Of a stretch of DNA of 64,000 nucleotides, positions 28,826-39,333 are shown piece by piece; the stretch's first letter is position 1, and each line of letters begins with the position of its first letter. The DNA comes from Lysobacteraceae bacterium (lineage in GTDB: Bacteria; Bdellovibrionota; UBA1018; JAGTJX01). A model generated the notes under the pieces. It was not told the DNA's origin. It worked only from the letters and a program-made list of their open reading frames with translations, and searched no databases. The stretch covers positions 109,090-173,089 of the forward strand of contig JAGTJX010000001.1 of the NCBI GenBank assembly GCA_023657465.1, given 5' to 3'. The translations under genes and the position numbers were made by a program.

Positions 28826-30022
28826 TTATTTTTGAGAGCTGAGTTCCCAGCCTAAAGTAGCAATATATTGTCTGAGATCATTGGTAGCACCCACAGATTT
28901 TGCATCGGCTTTTAAGTAGGTTCTGTTTGTGAGAACAATCGCAATCAGTTTTGATTTGGGTTCAATCCAAATCGAAGTTCCAGTGTAACCCGTGTGACCG
29001 AATCCACCCTGAATCGGGCCTCTTACGAAAATCGAGTATGGCTGAGAATCAATATCCCAACCCAATCCTCGCCTCGCTCCTGGCAAGTGATCATCAGTGT
29101 CACTAGTTGCAAGCTGAATGGTTTCTGACTTCAGTGGAGATTGGGATTGGCCACCCTCAAGCCAGAACTGAGCAATCTTCTTGATATCACCGAGAGAACT
29201 AAACAAGCCTGCGTGGCCATCTCCATTTTGTGCTAGAGCATAGGAAAAAGGGTCGTGGACATGACCCAGTTTGACGTCTTTGAGTGTGGGTACAAATGGA
29301 ATCACTGATGGGTCTATTGACTGAGAGAAGAAGTCTGACTCATTGAGAGAGAGAGCAGGAAATAGCACAGTCTTCATAAGACCTTGAAATGTTTTTCCAC
29401 GCTGATTCAGTTTAGCCTGTATCCATCTCTGAAGAATAATAAAGTTGATGTCAGCGTATTGGAATACTGCTCCAGGTTGAGACAGAATAGGAGACTCAGT
29501 AAACAAATCTATCGGATCCACACCCATTTCTGGAGCTGCAACCGCCACACCTTCAAGAGGAACATAATCTCTAAAACCTGATCGATGTCGCATGATCTGC
29601 TCGACAGTGATTTCGGATTTTTTTGCACATACTTCTGGATCAGTCGGAGGAGGTGCCTTCCATTTCAACTTCTTGGCATGTTCAGGGAAGCGGTCATAAG
29701 TGTAGAGACATTTTTTGATTCCTGGGATGGTTTCTGAGATGGGTTCGTTAAGCTTCCCATGGCCTTGATCTATTAACCAAAGTACAGCGAGCGTCGTAGA
29801 AAGAGGTTTTGTGAGTGATGCCATGTCATAACGACTGGTAGCATTAGCCGATCCGTATGCACCTTCAAACACCCAAGAGTCTTTCGAGAAAATGGCAATA
29901 GATGCTGCTGTCGCTCCAGACTTTTTAAAAAAAGCTTGGACTGAAGGAACTATTTTGCCAGCTAGTTGTTCTTGTTTTGGCACTGCAAACGCGCTTAAAC
30001 AGAGTAAGTAAATGATCACCAT
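28826..30022 (-). CDS. Serine hydrolase of the beta-lactamase/PBP (class C-like esterase) family
   Basis: SLTKPL (SxxK) and GHTGYTG (K/H-T-G) motifs. Start moved to the ATG at 30022 (MVIIYLLCLSAFA signal), because the longer ORF runs antisense into the adenine deaminase gene. Confidence 0.75.
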   Translation of the reverse strand: MVIIYLLCLSAFAVPKQEQLAGKIVPSVQAFFKKSGATAASIAIFSKDSWVFEGAYGSANATSRYDMASLTKPLSTTLAVLWLIDQGHGKLNEPISETIPGIKKCLYTYDRFPEHAKKLKWKAPPPTDPEVCAKKSEITVEQIMRHRSGFRDYVPLEGVAVAAPEMGVDPIDLFTESPILSQPGAVFQYADINFIILQRWIQAKLNQRGKTFQGLMKTVLFPALSLNESDFFSQSIDPSVIPFVPTLKDVKLGHVHDPFSYALAQNGDGHAGLFSSLGDIKKIAQFWLEGGQSQSPLKSETIQLATSDTDDHLPGARRGLGWDIDSQPYSIFVRGPIQGGFGHTGYTGTSIWIEPKSKLIAIVLTNRTYLKADAKSVGATNDLRQYIATLGWELSSQK

Positions 30023-30080
30023 TCCTCTTAATACATAGCATAATGCTTTATTATTAGCCAAATTACTGTAAGTTTGACGG

Positions 30081-31757
30081 ATGCAAAAGCTGAGCACCCT
30101 CATTGATGCCGCAATGGGACGATCACCCTGTGATCTCATCATTAAGGATGTACGCTTCTTAGACGTCTTCCAGTGTAAATGGCGCGTGGGCGATATCTCC
30201 ATTAAAGATGGATACATTGTCGGCGTGGAGTCTGGACTCAAATCTAAAAGAGTGGTCTCTGCTAAAGGAAAATTCCTAGTACCAGGCTTCATCGATGCAC
30301 ACGTTCACGTCGAAAGCTCACTGATGGCCCCCGGAGATTTTGAATCTGTAGTACTCCCACACGGAACCACCACAGCCATCTGCGATCCTCACGAAATCAC
30401 CAATGTGATTGGAGTGAAAGGACTGGAGTATTTTGTTTCGGCTGCAGAGAGTCTGTCTTTAGATTTAAGAGTCATGCTGAGTTCGTGCGTTCCCGCTTCT
30501 CATCCAGGGCTTGAGACTAACGGGGCTGGAGTCATCGAGTCTGCAGCACTCGAACAATTTAAAAATCATGAAAAAGTTTTGGGATTAGCTGAAATGATGA
30601 ACATGCCGGGCGTCATTCACAATGATCCTATCGTTCATGAGAAGCTAGAACACTTCCAAGATCGAATGATCGATGGACACGCGCCCCTGCTTCAAGGAAG
30701 AGAACTCTCTGCCTATGCCACCGCTGGAATTAGTAGCTGTCATGAGTCTTCATCACTAAAAGAAGCATCAGAGAAACTTTCCAAGGGACTCTCTTGCTGG
30801 ATCAGAGAAGGTAGTGTCGCAAAAGATCTCGAAGCTCTGGCACCCCTTCTCACCATTGAAACTTCAACAAGTATTGGATTCTGCACGGATGATCGTAATC
30901 CTCTAGATATCGCTAGAGAGGGCCACATCGATCACCTCATTCGTGGTGCGATCAAATCCGGTGTTAAGCCAGAAATCGCATACCGTGCTGCTTCGTGGAG
31001 TGTAGCCAAGCACTATGGGCTGAGACGAGTAGGAGCAATCGCGCCAGGTTATAGAGCTGATCTGGTGATGCTGGGCGATGCCAAGAAGTGCTCTGTTCTT
31101 CGAGTGTGGAAATCTGGTGTTGATGTGAAGGACCTTCCTTTTATCGGTTCAAAGCAAAAAAATTTTGAAAACACGATTAGAGCTCTGGAAACTGAGGATT
31201 CGGATTTCATAGCACCTACAGGCCAAGTAAACACAATCGGTGTCCGAGTTGGGCAAATTCTCACAGATCACCTTGTGATGAATAGTAGTGATCAAGGAGT
31301 AGCCAAACTCTCTGTCATTGAACGCTATGGCAATGGCCAGAAACCTGCAAATGCTTATGCCTATGGATTCGGCTCCAAATTCCGCGGAGCAATCGCTTCA
31401 AGCGTAGGACACGATAGCCACAACCTCATCGTTGTTGGAAAATCTGAAAGTGATATGAATATAGCGACAAGAGCGCTGAGAGAATCTGGTGGAGGATTCT
31501 GTGTAGTCGATCGCGGTGTTGTCACATCGATTCTTCCACTTCCTTTTGGAGGTCTCATGAGCACTGAAACCCCAAAGGCAATTGAGAAGAAATTGGTGCA
31601 CTTAAGAAAAGCAAGTCACGCGATTGGTTGCGAATACGATGAGCCTTTCCTACAGCTCGCGTTCTTAAGTCTTCCTGTGATTCCATCACTCAAACTCACT
31701 GACAAAGGATTAGTCGATGTCAATCAATTCAAAATCATCGGAGTACGCTCATCATGA
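30081..31757 (+). CDS. ade: Adenine deaminase
   Basis: PGFIDAHVHVESS metal-binding block. The 558-aa length and overall pattern match Ade. Confidence 0.85.
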   Translation: MQKLSTLIDAAMGRSPCDLIIKDVRFLDVFQCKWRVGDISIKDGYIVGVESGLKSKRVVSAKGKFLVPGFIDAHVHVESSLMAPGDFESVVLPHGTTTAICDPHEITNVIGVKGLEYFVSAAESLSLDLRVMLSSCVPASHPGLETNGAGVIESAALEQFKNHEKVLGLAEMMNMPGVIHNDPIVHEKLEHFQDRMIDGHAPLLQGRELSAYATAGISSCHESSSLKEASEKLSKGLSCWIREGSVAKDLEALAPLLTIETSTSIGFCTDDRNPLDIAREGHIDHLIRGAIKSGVKPEIAYRAASWSVAKHYGLRRVGAIAPGYRADLVMLGDAKKCSVLRVWKSGVDVKDLPFIGSKQKNFENTIRALETEDSDFIAPTGQVNTIGVRVGQILTDHLVMNSSDQGVAKLSVIERYGNGQKPANAYAYGFGSKFRGAIASSVGHDSHNLIVVGKSESDMNIATRALRESGGGFCVVDRGVVTSILPLPFGGLMSTETPKAIEKKLVHLRKASHAIGCEYDEPFLQLAFLSLPVIPSLKLTDKGLVDVNQFKIIGVRSS

Positions 31758-33199
31758 AGTCTCGTGATTATGTATTCTTCTACCTCAACGGAAAACCCTA
31801 TGAAGTTCGTGGTTCGGATGTGTTTCTGCCTCTTGCTGACTACTTGAGAGTACGCGCTCGTCTCACTGGAACTAAAATTGTCTGTGCCGAAGGAGATTGT
31901 GGTGCTTGCTCTGTGCTCAGAGGCACATCAGGAAGTAGTGAGGCTTTGGAACCAATCAATTCCTGTATTGCTACTGTAGGAATCTTAGACGGATATCATC
32001 TCATCACTGTCGATGCGCTAGTAGAGAATGAAACACTTTCTCCAATCCAAAAGCAAATGATCGAATGTAACGGGGGTCAATGTGGATTCTGCACGCCTGG
32101 GTTTGTTGTAGCACTCACAGGACTTGCTGAGAAGAAATGTAAGGAAGGTTGCAAAAGTTTAAGTGTGCAAGATGTGAAGAACGCTCTTACCGGTAATCTC
32201 TGTCGTTGCACCGGATATCAGCCCATTATTGATGCAGGAGTAGGAATTGATCTCAAATCTTATTCGTCTATCAGCAAACGATTCATCACAAATGAATCAG
32301 AGAAGGCGCTGCATCTTTCCAAGAAGTCTCCTATTGAGCTCACAGCTAATGGTCGAAAATGGTTTTCACCCACAAGCGTTTCTGAAGTATCCAAACTTCT
32401 CAAAAAGTATCCTGGATCGAGGATTCTCTCTGGCGGCACAGACCTTGGAGTCCAAATTAATAAAGGAAAAACCTTACCAGAAATCGTGATTGATCTTCAT
32501 CTAGTGAGAGAACTTCACGAAATCTCAATTAAGAAGAATCGAGTACGAATCGGAGCTCGTGTGAGTCTTTCAACTTTACGAAGAAAACTGGAAACTGAGT
32601 CTAAGGACTTCTCATCTTTCTTAGATATTTTTGCGTCTCCACAGATCAAAAACATGGCTTCGATTGTAGGGAATCTAGCAAATGCATCGCCGATAGGAGA
32701 CACGTTACCTTTCCTACTTGTATCTGAGACCACAGTATTCGTAGCAAGTTCTGGTGGCAAACGGTCCATCTCCATTGATAAACTTTGGACTGGATACAGA
32801 CAACTCTCACTGAAGAAAAACGAATGGATCACCCACATTGAGTTTTCTATCCCAGGCAAGTCCGACTTTGTGAAACTCTATAAGTCATCTCAGCGTAAGG
32901 ACTTAGACATTTCTGCAGTGAATGCTGCATTTTGGGTTTCAATGAACTCTTCGAAGAAGAGTGCGAACACTTCTCGTTTAGCGTTTGGTGGAGTAGGTGC
33001 CACACCCATTCGCGCCTTAAAAACAGAAAAAGCATTGAACTCTCAATCTCTAGTAGATTTCAACAAACAAGAACTACTCGACACTCTTCAGAAAGACATT
33101 AGTCCTCTATCAGATCTCAGGGGATCGTCTGAGTTTAGAAGAGTACTGGGTCATCAATTCTTAAGAGACTATCTCGACCAAGTGAGGAAGTTACAGTGA
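31754..33199 (+). CDS. xdhA: Xanthine dehydrogenase small subunit (2Fe-2S + FAD-binding)
   Basis: CAEGDCGACSV and CRCTGYQPI iron-sulfur motifs plus the GGTDLGVQ FAD block. Confidence 0.88.
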   Translation: MKSRDYVFFYLNGKPYEVRGSDVFLPLADYLRVRARLTGTKIVCAEGDCGACSVLRGTSGSSEALEPINSCIATVGILDGYHLITVDALVENETLSPIQKQMIECNGGQCGFCTPGFVVALTGLAEKKCKEGCKSLSVQDVKNALTGNLCRCTGYQPIIDAGVGIDLKSYSSISKRFITNESEKALHLSKKSPIELTANGRKWFSPTSVSEVSKLLKKYPGSRILSGGTDLGVQINKGKTLPEIVIDLHLVRELHEISIKKNRVRIGARVSLSTLRRKLETESKDFSSFLDIFASPQIKNMASIVGNLANASPIGDTLPFLLVSETTVFVASSGGKRSISIDKLWTGYRQLSLKKNEWITHIEFSIPGKSDFVKLYKSSQRKDLDISAVNAAFWVSMNSSKKSANTSRLAFGGVGATPIRALKTEKALNSQSLVDFNKQELLDTLQKDISPLSDLRGSSEFRRVLGHQFLRDYLDQVRKLQ

Positions 33200-35592
33200 A
33201 GATTCCACATGACTCTGCTCATACCCATGTGAGTGGAACAAGCGAGTACATCGATGACAGAGCAGCTCACTTTGATGAAGTTTTCATAGGAGTCGTATTC
33301 AGTACTGAACCTCACGCTAAGATTCTTTCTATTGATTCATCAAAACTGGAGAAACACCCAGACTTCATTACTCTCTTTACCTACAAAGATCTCTCTCACA
33401 ACAAGTGGGGTTCTATCTTCCAAGATCAACCGCTAATTGCTGAAGAGATTGTACAGTTTGTAGGCGAACCCGTAGTCCTCATTGCTTCTCGTGACCGATT
33501 CTCAGTCGAGGCTCTTAAGAAGTTAGTCACCATCAAGTACCAACCACTCAAGCCCATTCTCTCCATTGATGACGCTATCAAAGCAAACTCTTATATTGGT
33601 GATGAGAGAACCATTCAATCTGGTGATTGCGAAGCTGCACTTCAGAAGTGCGATCATCTTATTTCTGGATCTGTCGTCATCAGAGGTGCGGATCACTTCT
33701 ACTTAGAGAGTCAAGCTGCCGTTGCTTATCCTCTGGAAGACAACCAAATCGAAATTCACTCTTCTTCTCAACACTCGGTAGAAGTTCAACACATTGTCGC
33801 TCACGCACTGGGGCTAGATTCAAAAGATGTTGTTTGTATTGTCAAACGTATTGGAGGAGCTTTCGGCGGCAAAGAATCTCAAGCTGCTCCTTTTGCAGCG
33901 TTTGCTTCTCTTGTAGCTCATAAACTCAAACGTCCCGCCCGACTCATTCTAACTAAAGACGATGACATGATCATGACAGGGAAGCGCAATCCGTTCCAAA
34001 ATGAATACGTCGCAGGCTTCAACCGTGATGGGAAAATCGTCGCTCTCAAAGTAAAACTCCGTTCTGATGGCGGAGCTTACGCCGATCTCTCAACCGCGAT
34101 CATGGAACGAGCAATGCTCCACTGCGACAACGCATACTTCATTCCCAACATGTTGATTCAGGGCAGAGTTTGCAAGACGCATTTCCATCCCCACACTGCT
34201 TTCAGAGGATTTGGTGGACCTCAGGCTGTGGCTACGATTGAAAAAATAATAGAACAAATTGCGAAGCACTTAGACAAAGATCCGCTAGAAATTAGGAAGA
34301 CCAACGTCTATCAAGGCAACAACAACGTCACACACTATGGACAACCTGTAGAAAACAACGTCCTCCCAGAACTATTCGATAAACTAGAAACTGATTCCGA
34401 TTATTGGAATAGAAGAAAAATAATCAAGGCTCATAACTCCAATAGAAAATGGAACGAGCCACTTCTTGGGCTCTCACTCACAGCGGTCAAGTTTGGAATT
34501 TCCTTCACCACTCGTTTTCTGAACCAAGGCAATGCTCTTGTACTGATTCATAGAGATGGCACCGTCCAGGTTTCGACTGGCGCTACCGAGATGGGGCAGG
34601 GAGTGAATACTCGTATCGCTCAACTTGTATCCGAGGCTCTTGGCATCTCAATCTTAAATACACGCGTGATGCCTACTCGCACTGACAAAAACGCAAACAC
34701 ATCTCCCACTGCTGCATCTGCAGGCACTGATCTGAATGGATCAGCCGCTGTCATTGCAACAAACAAAATCAAATTCAGACTTGCTCAAGTTGCCAGAAAC
34801 TTATTTGTAACTGACCCCGCTCTCTATGCATCTAAGACAGGCGGATTAGGAACCCAAGCTGAAGTAGAAGTAACCGAACTACCCCATCAAACGAATCCAA
34901 ACAAAGAGGTAGATACATTCGGAATTGAATTTAAAAATGGCAAAGTAACCGATTCAAAGACCAAAAAATCAATCAGCTTCGAATCACTCATTAATGAAGC
35001 TTATCTTAACCGGGTTTCACTCTCTGATTACGGTTTCTATCGTGTTGCAGATTTGGGTTTCAACAAACTCACAGGTAAGGGACAAGCCTTCCTTTATTTT
35101 ACCAATGGAACTGCCGTGAACGAGGTCTCTGTGAGTCCAATTAATGGCGAAGTAAAGATCTTAAGAACCGATATCCTGATGGATTTAGGTCGTCCTATTA
35201 ACAAAGGATTGGATCTTGGGCAAGTCACTGGAGGATTCATTCAAGGAGCCGGATGGGTCACTACAGAGAATCTTTACTACGATTCAAAAGGGAAACTCCT
35301 CTCTCATTCTCCTAGCACTTACAAAATCCCCAACATTCAGGATACTCCAAGAGAGTTTAATGTGAATCTGCTTGAAAACTTAGGTAACGACAAGAACGTA
35401 CGTGGCACTAAGGCTGTAGGAGAGCCGCCACTTCTCTTATCAATTGGTGTGTGGACTGCAGTAAATGATGCGATCTCTCACCTACCAGAATACGAGAAGA
35501 AGTATCCATCAATCCAACTTCCTGCTACCGCTGAAGTTTGTCTCAGAGCTATTCAACCTGATCTTTTTAAAACTGTGGGAGCAAATAAATGA
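33196..35592 (+). CDS. xdhB: Xanthine dehydrogenase molybdopterin-binding subunit
   Basis: IGGAFGGKESQ, FRGFGGPQ and GATEMGQG blocks. Confidence 0.9.
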   Translation: MKIPHDSAHTHVSGTSEYIDDRAAHFDEVFIGVVFSTEPHAKILSIDSSKLEKHPDFITLFTYKDLSHNKWGSIFQDQPLIAEEIVQFVGEPVVLIASRDRFSVEALKKLVTIKYQPLKPILSIDDAIKANSYIGDERTIQSGDCEAALQKCDHLISGSVVIRGADHFYLESQAAVAYPLEDNQIEIHSSSQHSVEVQHIVAHALGLDSKDVVCIVKRIGGAFGGKESQAAPFAAFASLVAHKLKRPARLILTKDDDMIMTGKRNPFQNEYVAGFNRDGKIVALKVKLRSDGGAYADLSTAIMERAMLHCDNAYFIPNMLIQGRVCKTHFHPHTAFRGFGGPQAVATIEKIIEQIAKHLDKDPLEIRKTNVYQGNNNVTHYGQPVENNVLPELFDKLETDSDYWNRRKIIKAHNSNRKWNEPLLGLSLTAVKFGISFTTRFLNQGNALVLIHRDGTVQVSTGATEMGQGVNTRIAQLVSEALGISILNTRVMPTRTDKNANTSPTAASAGTDLNGSAAVIATNKIKFRLAQVARNLFVTDPALYASKTGGLGTQAEVEVTELPHQTNPNKEVDTFGIEFKNGKVTDSKTKKSISFESLINEAYLNRVSLSDYGFYRVADLGFNKLTGKGQAFLYFTNGTAVNEVSVSPINGEVKILRTDILMDLGRPINKGLDLGQVTGGFIQGAGWVTTENLYYDSKGKLLSHSPSTYKIPNIQDTPREFNVNLLENLGNDKNVRGTKAVGEPPLLLSIGVWTAVNDAISHLPEYEKKYPSIQLPATAEVCLRAIQPDLFKTVGANK

Positions 35593-36401
35593 ATCTTATC
35601 CTCACAAGAGCACAAGAATTGAATGAAAGCTCTCAACCCTTCGTCATAGCGACTCTTATAGAAGTCATTGGTGGAGCTCCTCAAGAAACTGGCGCTAAAA
35701 TGATCATTGAGAAGTCCGGTGCAATCTCAGGCACTATTGGTGGAGGAAAGCTTGAAGCTAAGACCATTAAAGAAGCTCAAAACCTTCTCGAGCAAACTGA
35801 CTTGAAACGCTTCTCAGTGAAAACATGGAATCTTCAAACCGATGTGGGGATGACCTGTGGCGGGAAGGTTTCAATTACTTTTGAAACTTATGGTGTCTCT
35901 AACTGGAACATCGCGCTCTTCGGAGCAGGACATGTCGCTCAGGCTCTCTCTCGAACCCTCATCAACTTGGATTGCACTCTCACTTGCTATGACTCGAGAT
36001 CTGAATGGGTTGGTAAATTCCCTCAGTCACCTAAGCTATCTTCTCATGTTGAAGCTAACGCAGATGATTCAATAGCAAGACTCCCTAAAAATACTTTTTT
36101 TGTAGTGATGACTCAGGGCCATGCAACTGATCTTCCTGTTCTCCATTCTATTTTCAAACATCACCCACATGCTCCATTCGTGGGATGCATGGGCAGTAGC
36201 GTGAAAGCGATTAGGCTCAAGAAAGATCTTCTTGAACTAGGAATCTCTCTGGAGCAAGTTAACAAACTTGAAACTCCGATTGGCCTTCCCATTGGAGAAA
36301 ACACACCAGAAGAAATTGCGATTAGTGTAACAGCTCAATTGCTTGAAGTGAGATCACGTTTCACTCGAGACAATGCTGCACTGATGAATGGAAAGCGTTG
36401 A
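35589..36401 (+). CDS. xdhC: XdhC-family molybdenum cofactor insertion accessory protein
   Basis: XdhC_CoxI N-domain followed by a Rossmann-like FGAGHVAQAL. It is 4-nt coupled to xdhB. Confidence 0.8.
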   Translation: MNLILTRAQELNESSQPFVIATLIEVIGGAPQETGAKMIIEKSGAISGTIGGGKLEAKTIKEAQNLLEQTDLKRFSVKTWNLQTDVGMTCGGKVSITFETYGVSNWNIALFGAGHVAQALSRTLINLDCTLTCYDSRSEWVGKFPQSPKLSSHVEANADDSIARLPKNTFFVVMTQGHATDLPVLHSIFKHHPHAPFVGCMGSSVKAIRLKKDLLELGISLEQVNKLETPIGLPIGENTPEEIAISVTAQLLEVRSRFTRDNAALMNGKR

Positions 36402-37171
36402 AGCAGTTTCTCGAAGTCTACTCTGCTCAATAGCCAACCCGTACCCCAGAAGAGAAATAAACTCATAGCAAGAGGTCTCATCACAAACTTTACGAAGTAC
36501 TGAACATTTGATTCTCCATGAATGAAGAATAGAGCAAGTCCCATCGTGAACGATCCTAAAATCCAAACCCATTTCACTTTTGAATATTTTTTCTTGATTC
36601 TCCAAGTCGAGAGCGAGCTCAAGAATTGATTGATCTTCTGTTCAGGGAGTTTAAGTGCAAGCCATGCAACGACGACTGCTATTAAGCATTTTAAAACAAC
36701 AAACGCGAGAATAATCCAAATGATCGACTGAGAAAACTGCGGAAAAAGTTTTGTCCATTCAACCAGTGGATCTACTCCAAAAATCAACATAGCTAAAAGA
36801 ATCGGCTGAATGAATGACCATGTAGAGAGAAGAACCATTCCTAGAGAAACCCCAAAAAGTCCTGCTCCACCCAGAAAAACTCCTAAGGAAAACAAAACTC
36901 CCTGTACCCAAATGGCAAGCATCGGAGTGAGTCTCTTCCCCAAGGGTGAAAGACTTTTTAAAACAGCAGCTACGGTAGATACTCCATAAGCTGCATCACA
37001 TGAATCACCTCTTGAGAGGTTCCTCGCAGCAAACGAAAGCAAGAATCCTTGATTCAGTGAAAGCAATTGCCCACCGAGCGGCAAGCCTAACGCATGAATC
37101 CACGCACCTAGACCCACTTCAGCGCTTACGAGCAGACCTGAATATGTAGATACCCTATCCAGTTGATTCAT
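36335..37171 (-). CDS. Hypothetical polytopic membrane protein
   Basis: About 7 hydrophobic segments. The 3' end overlaps xdhC by 67 nt (convergent). Confidence 0.45.
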   Translation of the reverse strand: MNQLDRVSTYSGLLVSAEVGLGAWIHALGLPLGGQLLSLNQGFLLSFAARNLSRGDSCDAAYGVSTVAAVLKSLSPLGKRLTPMLAIWVQGVLFSLGVFLGGAGLFGVSLGMVLLSTWSFIQPILLAMLIFGVDPLVEWTKLFPQFSQSIIWIILAFVVLKCLIAVVVAWLALKLPEQKINQFLSSLSTWRIKKKYSKVKWVWILGSFTMGLALFFIHGESNVQYFVKFVMRPLAMSLFLFWGTGWLLSRVDFEKLLQRFPFISAALSRVKRDLTSSN

Positions 37172-37225
37172 GCCTTTTAAGCTAGCTCACTAAGGCTGCT
37201 ACTTGCAACCGCGATAGAATTTGCT

Positions 37226-38020
37226 ATGACTGAGTGCATGCTCAGAGTTCCACTTTCTGAAATAAACGGCGATTTTCAGCGCGATCTCTGTTGGGGTGAC
37301 GACGAGCGACATCTCTACAATCCCAACCGCAGAAAAGAATCTGCCATGGCTCATATGATTCGACTTGAAGAAGTGATCCACCTTGTAGAGAAACACTCAC
37401 CAGGCAAGAAAGTTGCTGACTTCGCTTGTGCTCAAGGAAACTTTGGGCTTCTATTAGCCGAAAAAGGTTTTGAAGTCACAGCAGTAGATCTAAAAGAAGA
37501 ATTCTTAAATTACGCTAAAATGAAACATGAGAAAGGCTCATTCAAAACTCTTCAAGCTAATCTCATGGAGTTTCAATCTCCTGAGAAGTTTGATTGTATT
37601 CTCGCTGGAGTAATCATCGAACACTGTGCTTTTCCTCATCAGCTTCTCTCTTCAATTGCTAGAAATTTAAAATCAGGTGGAATTACTGTTCTCACTACTC
37701 CAAATGGAGCTGAGTTTAATTCCCCACTCCCTACTTACAAACAAGTTACGAACATTGAAGAACTCTTCCCCAAACAATTCCACTGGGGTGATCACTTGTT
37801 CCTCTTCACAGTCCAAGAACTCCGAAAACTCTTCGATCAAAATGGTTTCGATGTGATTACAGTGATCAAATTAAATAGGCAGTATTTCAGCCAATTGAAG
37901 GGCCCAAGATACTTCTTTCCGATAAGGATACTCTCTTGGTTTGAGAGACTCACTCGCTCCTGGAAAAAAGGTGGAAAGGACAGCACCAATTGTTTAATTT
38001 TAGTCGCGCAAAAACGCTAA
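37226..38020 (+). CDS. Class I SAM-dependent methyltransferase
   Basis: Motif I VADFACAQGNFG and post-I FEVTAVD. The start is uncertain; internal Met MAHMIRL is also possible. Confidence 0.7.
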   Translation: MTECMLRVPLSEINGDFQRDLCWGDDERHLYNPNRRKESAMAHMIRLEEVIHLVEKHSPGKKVADFACAQGNFGLLLAEKGFEVTAVDLKEEFLNYAKMKHEKGSFKTLQANLMEFQSPEKFDCILAGVIIEHCAFPHQLLSSIARNLKSGGITVLTTPNGAEFNSPLPTYKQVTNIEELFPKQFHWGDHLFLFTVQELRKLFDQNGFDVITVIKLNRQYFSQLKGPRYFFPIRILSWFERLTRSWKKGGKDSTNCLILVAQKR

Positions 38021-39333
38021 GCCCTGCAATTGGATTATTTCTCTTCTTAGCCATCCTATTCCAAAATCCAAGTAATACAGCATCTCGGCTCATGACGATG
38101 GCTGCAATGACAGAGTATCATTCGTTTGAAGTCACTCCGTACATTCACCCAGTTGAATGGATGCATGATTGGTCACGTACTCCTGATGGCAAGTATTATT
38201 CCAACAAAGCTCCTGGCCCCATGTTCATTGGGTTTCCAGTTTACTACCTCACTGACAAGTTCCTGAATCCTGGCACAGATACTGCTAGTAGAAACGATTT
38301 CAGATACAAGAAGCAGTGGATTTACATGATGATTCTTGCAGTCATCCTTCAAATCATACCTCTGATCCTTCTTGTTCTCTGGATCGACAGAAAATACATG
38401 CGTGAAGGATTCACTCCACTGGAGAGGAACACTTTAGCTACGATGATTTTTATTGGGAACACCGCTGCGTTTTTCTATACGAATTGGGGCGGTCATGGAG
38501 TAACTGCGATAGTCACTCTAGGCGCTGGAATTACTCTTTATAGAGGAAGCTTTAAACTACTTGGACTCTTCTTTGGACTTTCTGTTCTTTCAGACTACGG
38601 TAGCCCGATGCTGCTCATTCCTCTCATCATTTCTATTTTCATTCGTATTGATAACAAAAAACTGATCAAGACTTTTAGAGACATCGCCCTAGGTGGCATC
38701 ATTCCAGGAATCTTCTGGATCTATTATCATCAGGTTTGTTTTGGCAGCGCCTTCAATATCGCACCTAAGTATCAAAACCCCATGTTCTTAGACATGACTA
38801 ACGTCCAAAACAACATCGGCGGAATCTTTGCTCCACTTCCTAGCTTCAATGTTTTACTCGAACTCTTATTTGGTGACAGAAGGGGATTACTTAAGACTCA
38901 GCCTTGGGTTTTGGTTTTCCTCACTTGGTTAAGCCTCTATTGGAGTAGCTTTGCTATCGAACGCAATAAGCGCGCAGTGGTTGTATTCTCCATCGGCGGA
39001 TTAGCTGCACTTATGATCATGAACGCAAGCTTCGGAAGCTGGGAGAGCGGTTCATCTCCAGGACCAAGATACATCAGCGCTATTTTCTCTCTGATTGTTT
39101 TCACGATCATACTCATGTGGAAGGAAATCACAGCGGGTTGGAGACGAGCTTTGTTTTATGGACTTATACCTTCAGTAGTTTATCTTTCTATTTTTTACCC
39201 CATGAGAGTGGGCCTCTTCGGAGGTTATTTTAATTTGGCTTGGAATAGTACCCGTTGGGGACAAGGGGTAGAAATCCTAACTGCCTTCACTGCAATTCTA
39301 TTCTGCTACAGACAGGCGAAACGAATCACATGA
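37990..39333 (+). CDS. Polytopic membrane protein, GT-C (ArnT/PMT-like) glycosyltransferase candidate
   Basis: More than 10 TM segments. The first periplasmic loop YYSNKAPGPMFIGFPVY resembles the loop of GT39/GT83 enzymes. TTG start, uncertain. Confidence 0.4.
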   Translation: MFNFSRAKTLSPAIGLFLFLAILFQNPSNTASRLMTMAAMTEYHSFEVTPYIHPVEWMHDWSRTPDGKYYSNKAPGPMFIGFPVYYLTDKFLNPGTDTASRNDFRYKKQWIYMMILAVILQIIPLILLVLWIDRKYMREGFTPLERNTLATMIFIGNTAAFFYTNWGGHGVTAIVTLGAGITLYRGSFKLLGLFFGLSVLSDYGSPMLLIPLIISIFIRIDNKKLIKTFRDIALGGIIPGIFWIYYHQVCFGSAFNIAPKYQNPMFLDMTNVQNNIGGIFAPLPSFNVLLELLFGDRRGLLKTQPWVLVFLTWLSLYWSSFAIERNKRAVVVFSIGGLAALMIMNASFGSWESGSSPGPRYISAIFSLIVFTIILMWKEITAGWRRALFYGLIPSVVYLSIFYPMRVGLFGGYFNLAWNSTRWGQGVEILTAFTAILFCYRQAKRIT

